64,000 bases of DNA from Limnothrix sp. BL-A-16 (GTDB lineage Bacteria > Cyanobacteriota > Cyanobacteriia > CACIAM-69d), in the NCBI GenBank assembly GCA_041937175.2, contig CP166615.1, positions 3,328,001-3,392,000 of the forward strand, in the 5' to 3' direction. Shown piece after piece: positions 63,599-64,000 of this stretch (within the stretch, counting starts at the first letter, position 1; each line of letters starts with the position of its first letter). Under the pieces are notes generated by a model. That model was not told the origin of the DNA. It saw only the letters and a program-made list of their open reading frames with translations, and ran no database searches. The translations under genes and the position numbers were made by a program.

Positions 63599-64000
63599 TT
63601 AATTTACGAGTTTCTGTTGGGCTTGCCGTTGTTTTTTGCGTTCCACCATGGCCGATAAATGTCGTCGCAACAGAGCGCTACCTTGCAAATTTTGACTTTC
63701 CAAATATAAATCTCCCGCCTTTACCAACCGAGGAACTGCTTCATTGTCATTGAGCAAATTAGCCAAGGCCAGACCCCAGTTATGGTAAGCCTCCGGCCAG
63801 TTGGGTGCTAATTCCAGAGCTGTTGCAAATCGCTCACCGGCAGCCCGATAGTCTCCTTGGTTAAACAGCGTTTGTCCCTGATTGAAAGCCGCGATCGCCT
63901 TAGGAATTCGATCGCCGTTCTCTGTTGGCAAGGGAACCGCCTCCGTGAACAGAACCGATCGGCTACCCTGGCCGCGATAGGCCCAAATCATAATTCCCAA
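63599..64000 (-). CDS. TPR-containing protein, 5'-truncated by window edge
   Basis: AFNQGQTLFNQGDY...ALELAPNWPEAYHNWGLAL. Confidence 0.85.
   Translation of the reverse strand: MGIMIWAYRGQGSRSVLFTEAVPLPTENGDRIPKAIAAFNQGQTLFNQGDYRAAGERFATALELAPNWPEAYHNWGLALANLLNDNEAVPRLVKAGDLYLESQNLQGSALLRRHLSAMVERKKQRQAQQKLVN

Overview
Chromosomal window from a cyanobacterium. It carries psbA, chlB, ndhS, sqdB, crtQ, cikA and rpaA, and the HIP1 octamer GCGATCGC is very dense. Most of it is core metabolism and signalling: mutS, ribD, cimA, cofG, ubiH-like, ftsE, cruP, proB, yqeG-mltG-DUF3727, iscA, tRNA-Gly(GCC), four related orphan histidine kinases and a GAF-GGDEF-EAL protein. The main accessory signals are: (1) an AT-rich type II R-M cassette (NspV-like nuclease plus a C5-cytosine MTase) lying between the N- and C-terminal remnants of an MmeI-like type IIL gene; (2) two MITE families (~131 and ~142 bp, 9 copies in total) that share the internal palindrome CAAGGGGCTTAAGCCCCTTG, sit mostly at gene 3' ends, and in one case nest one inside the other; (3) a helicase-less type ISP-like R-M fusion; (4) a CikA whose GAF appears to have lost the bilin-binding helix; (5) a candidate anti-SD small RNA; (6) two orphan small ORFs splitting yqeG from proB. 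Family assignments come from recalled motifs, not database searches.
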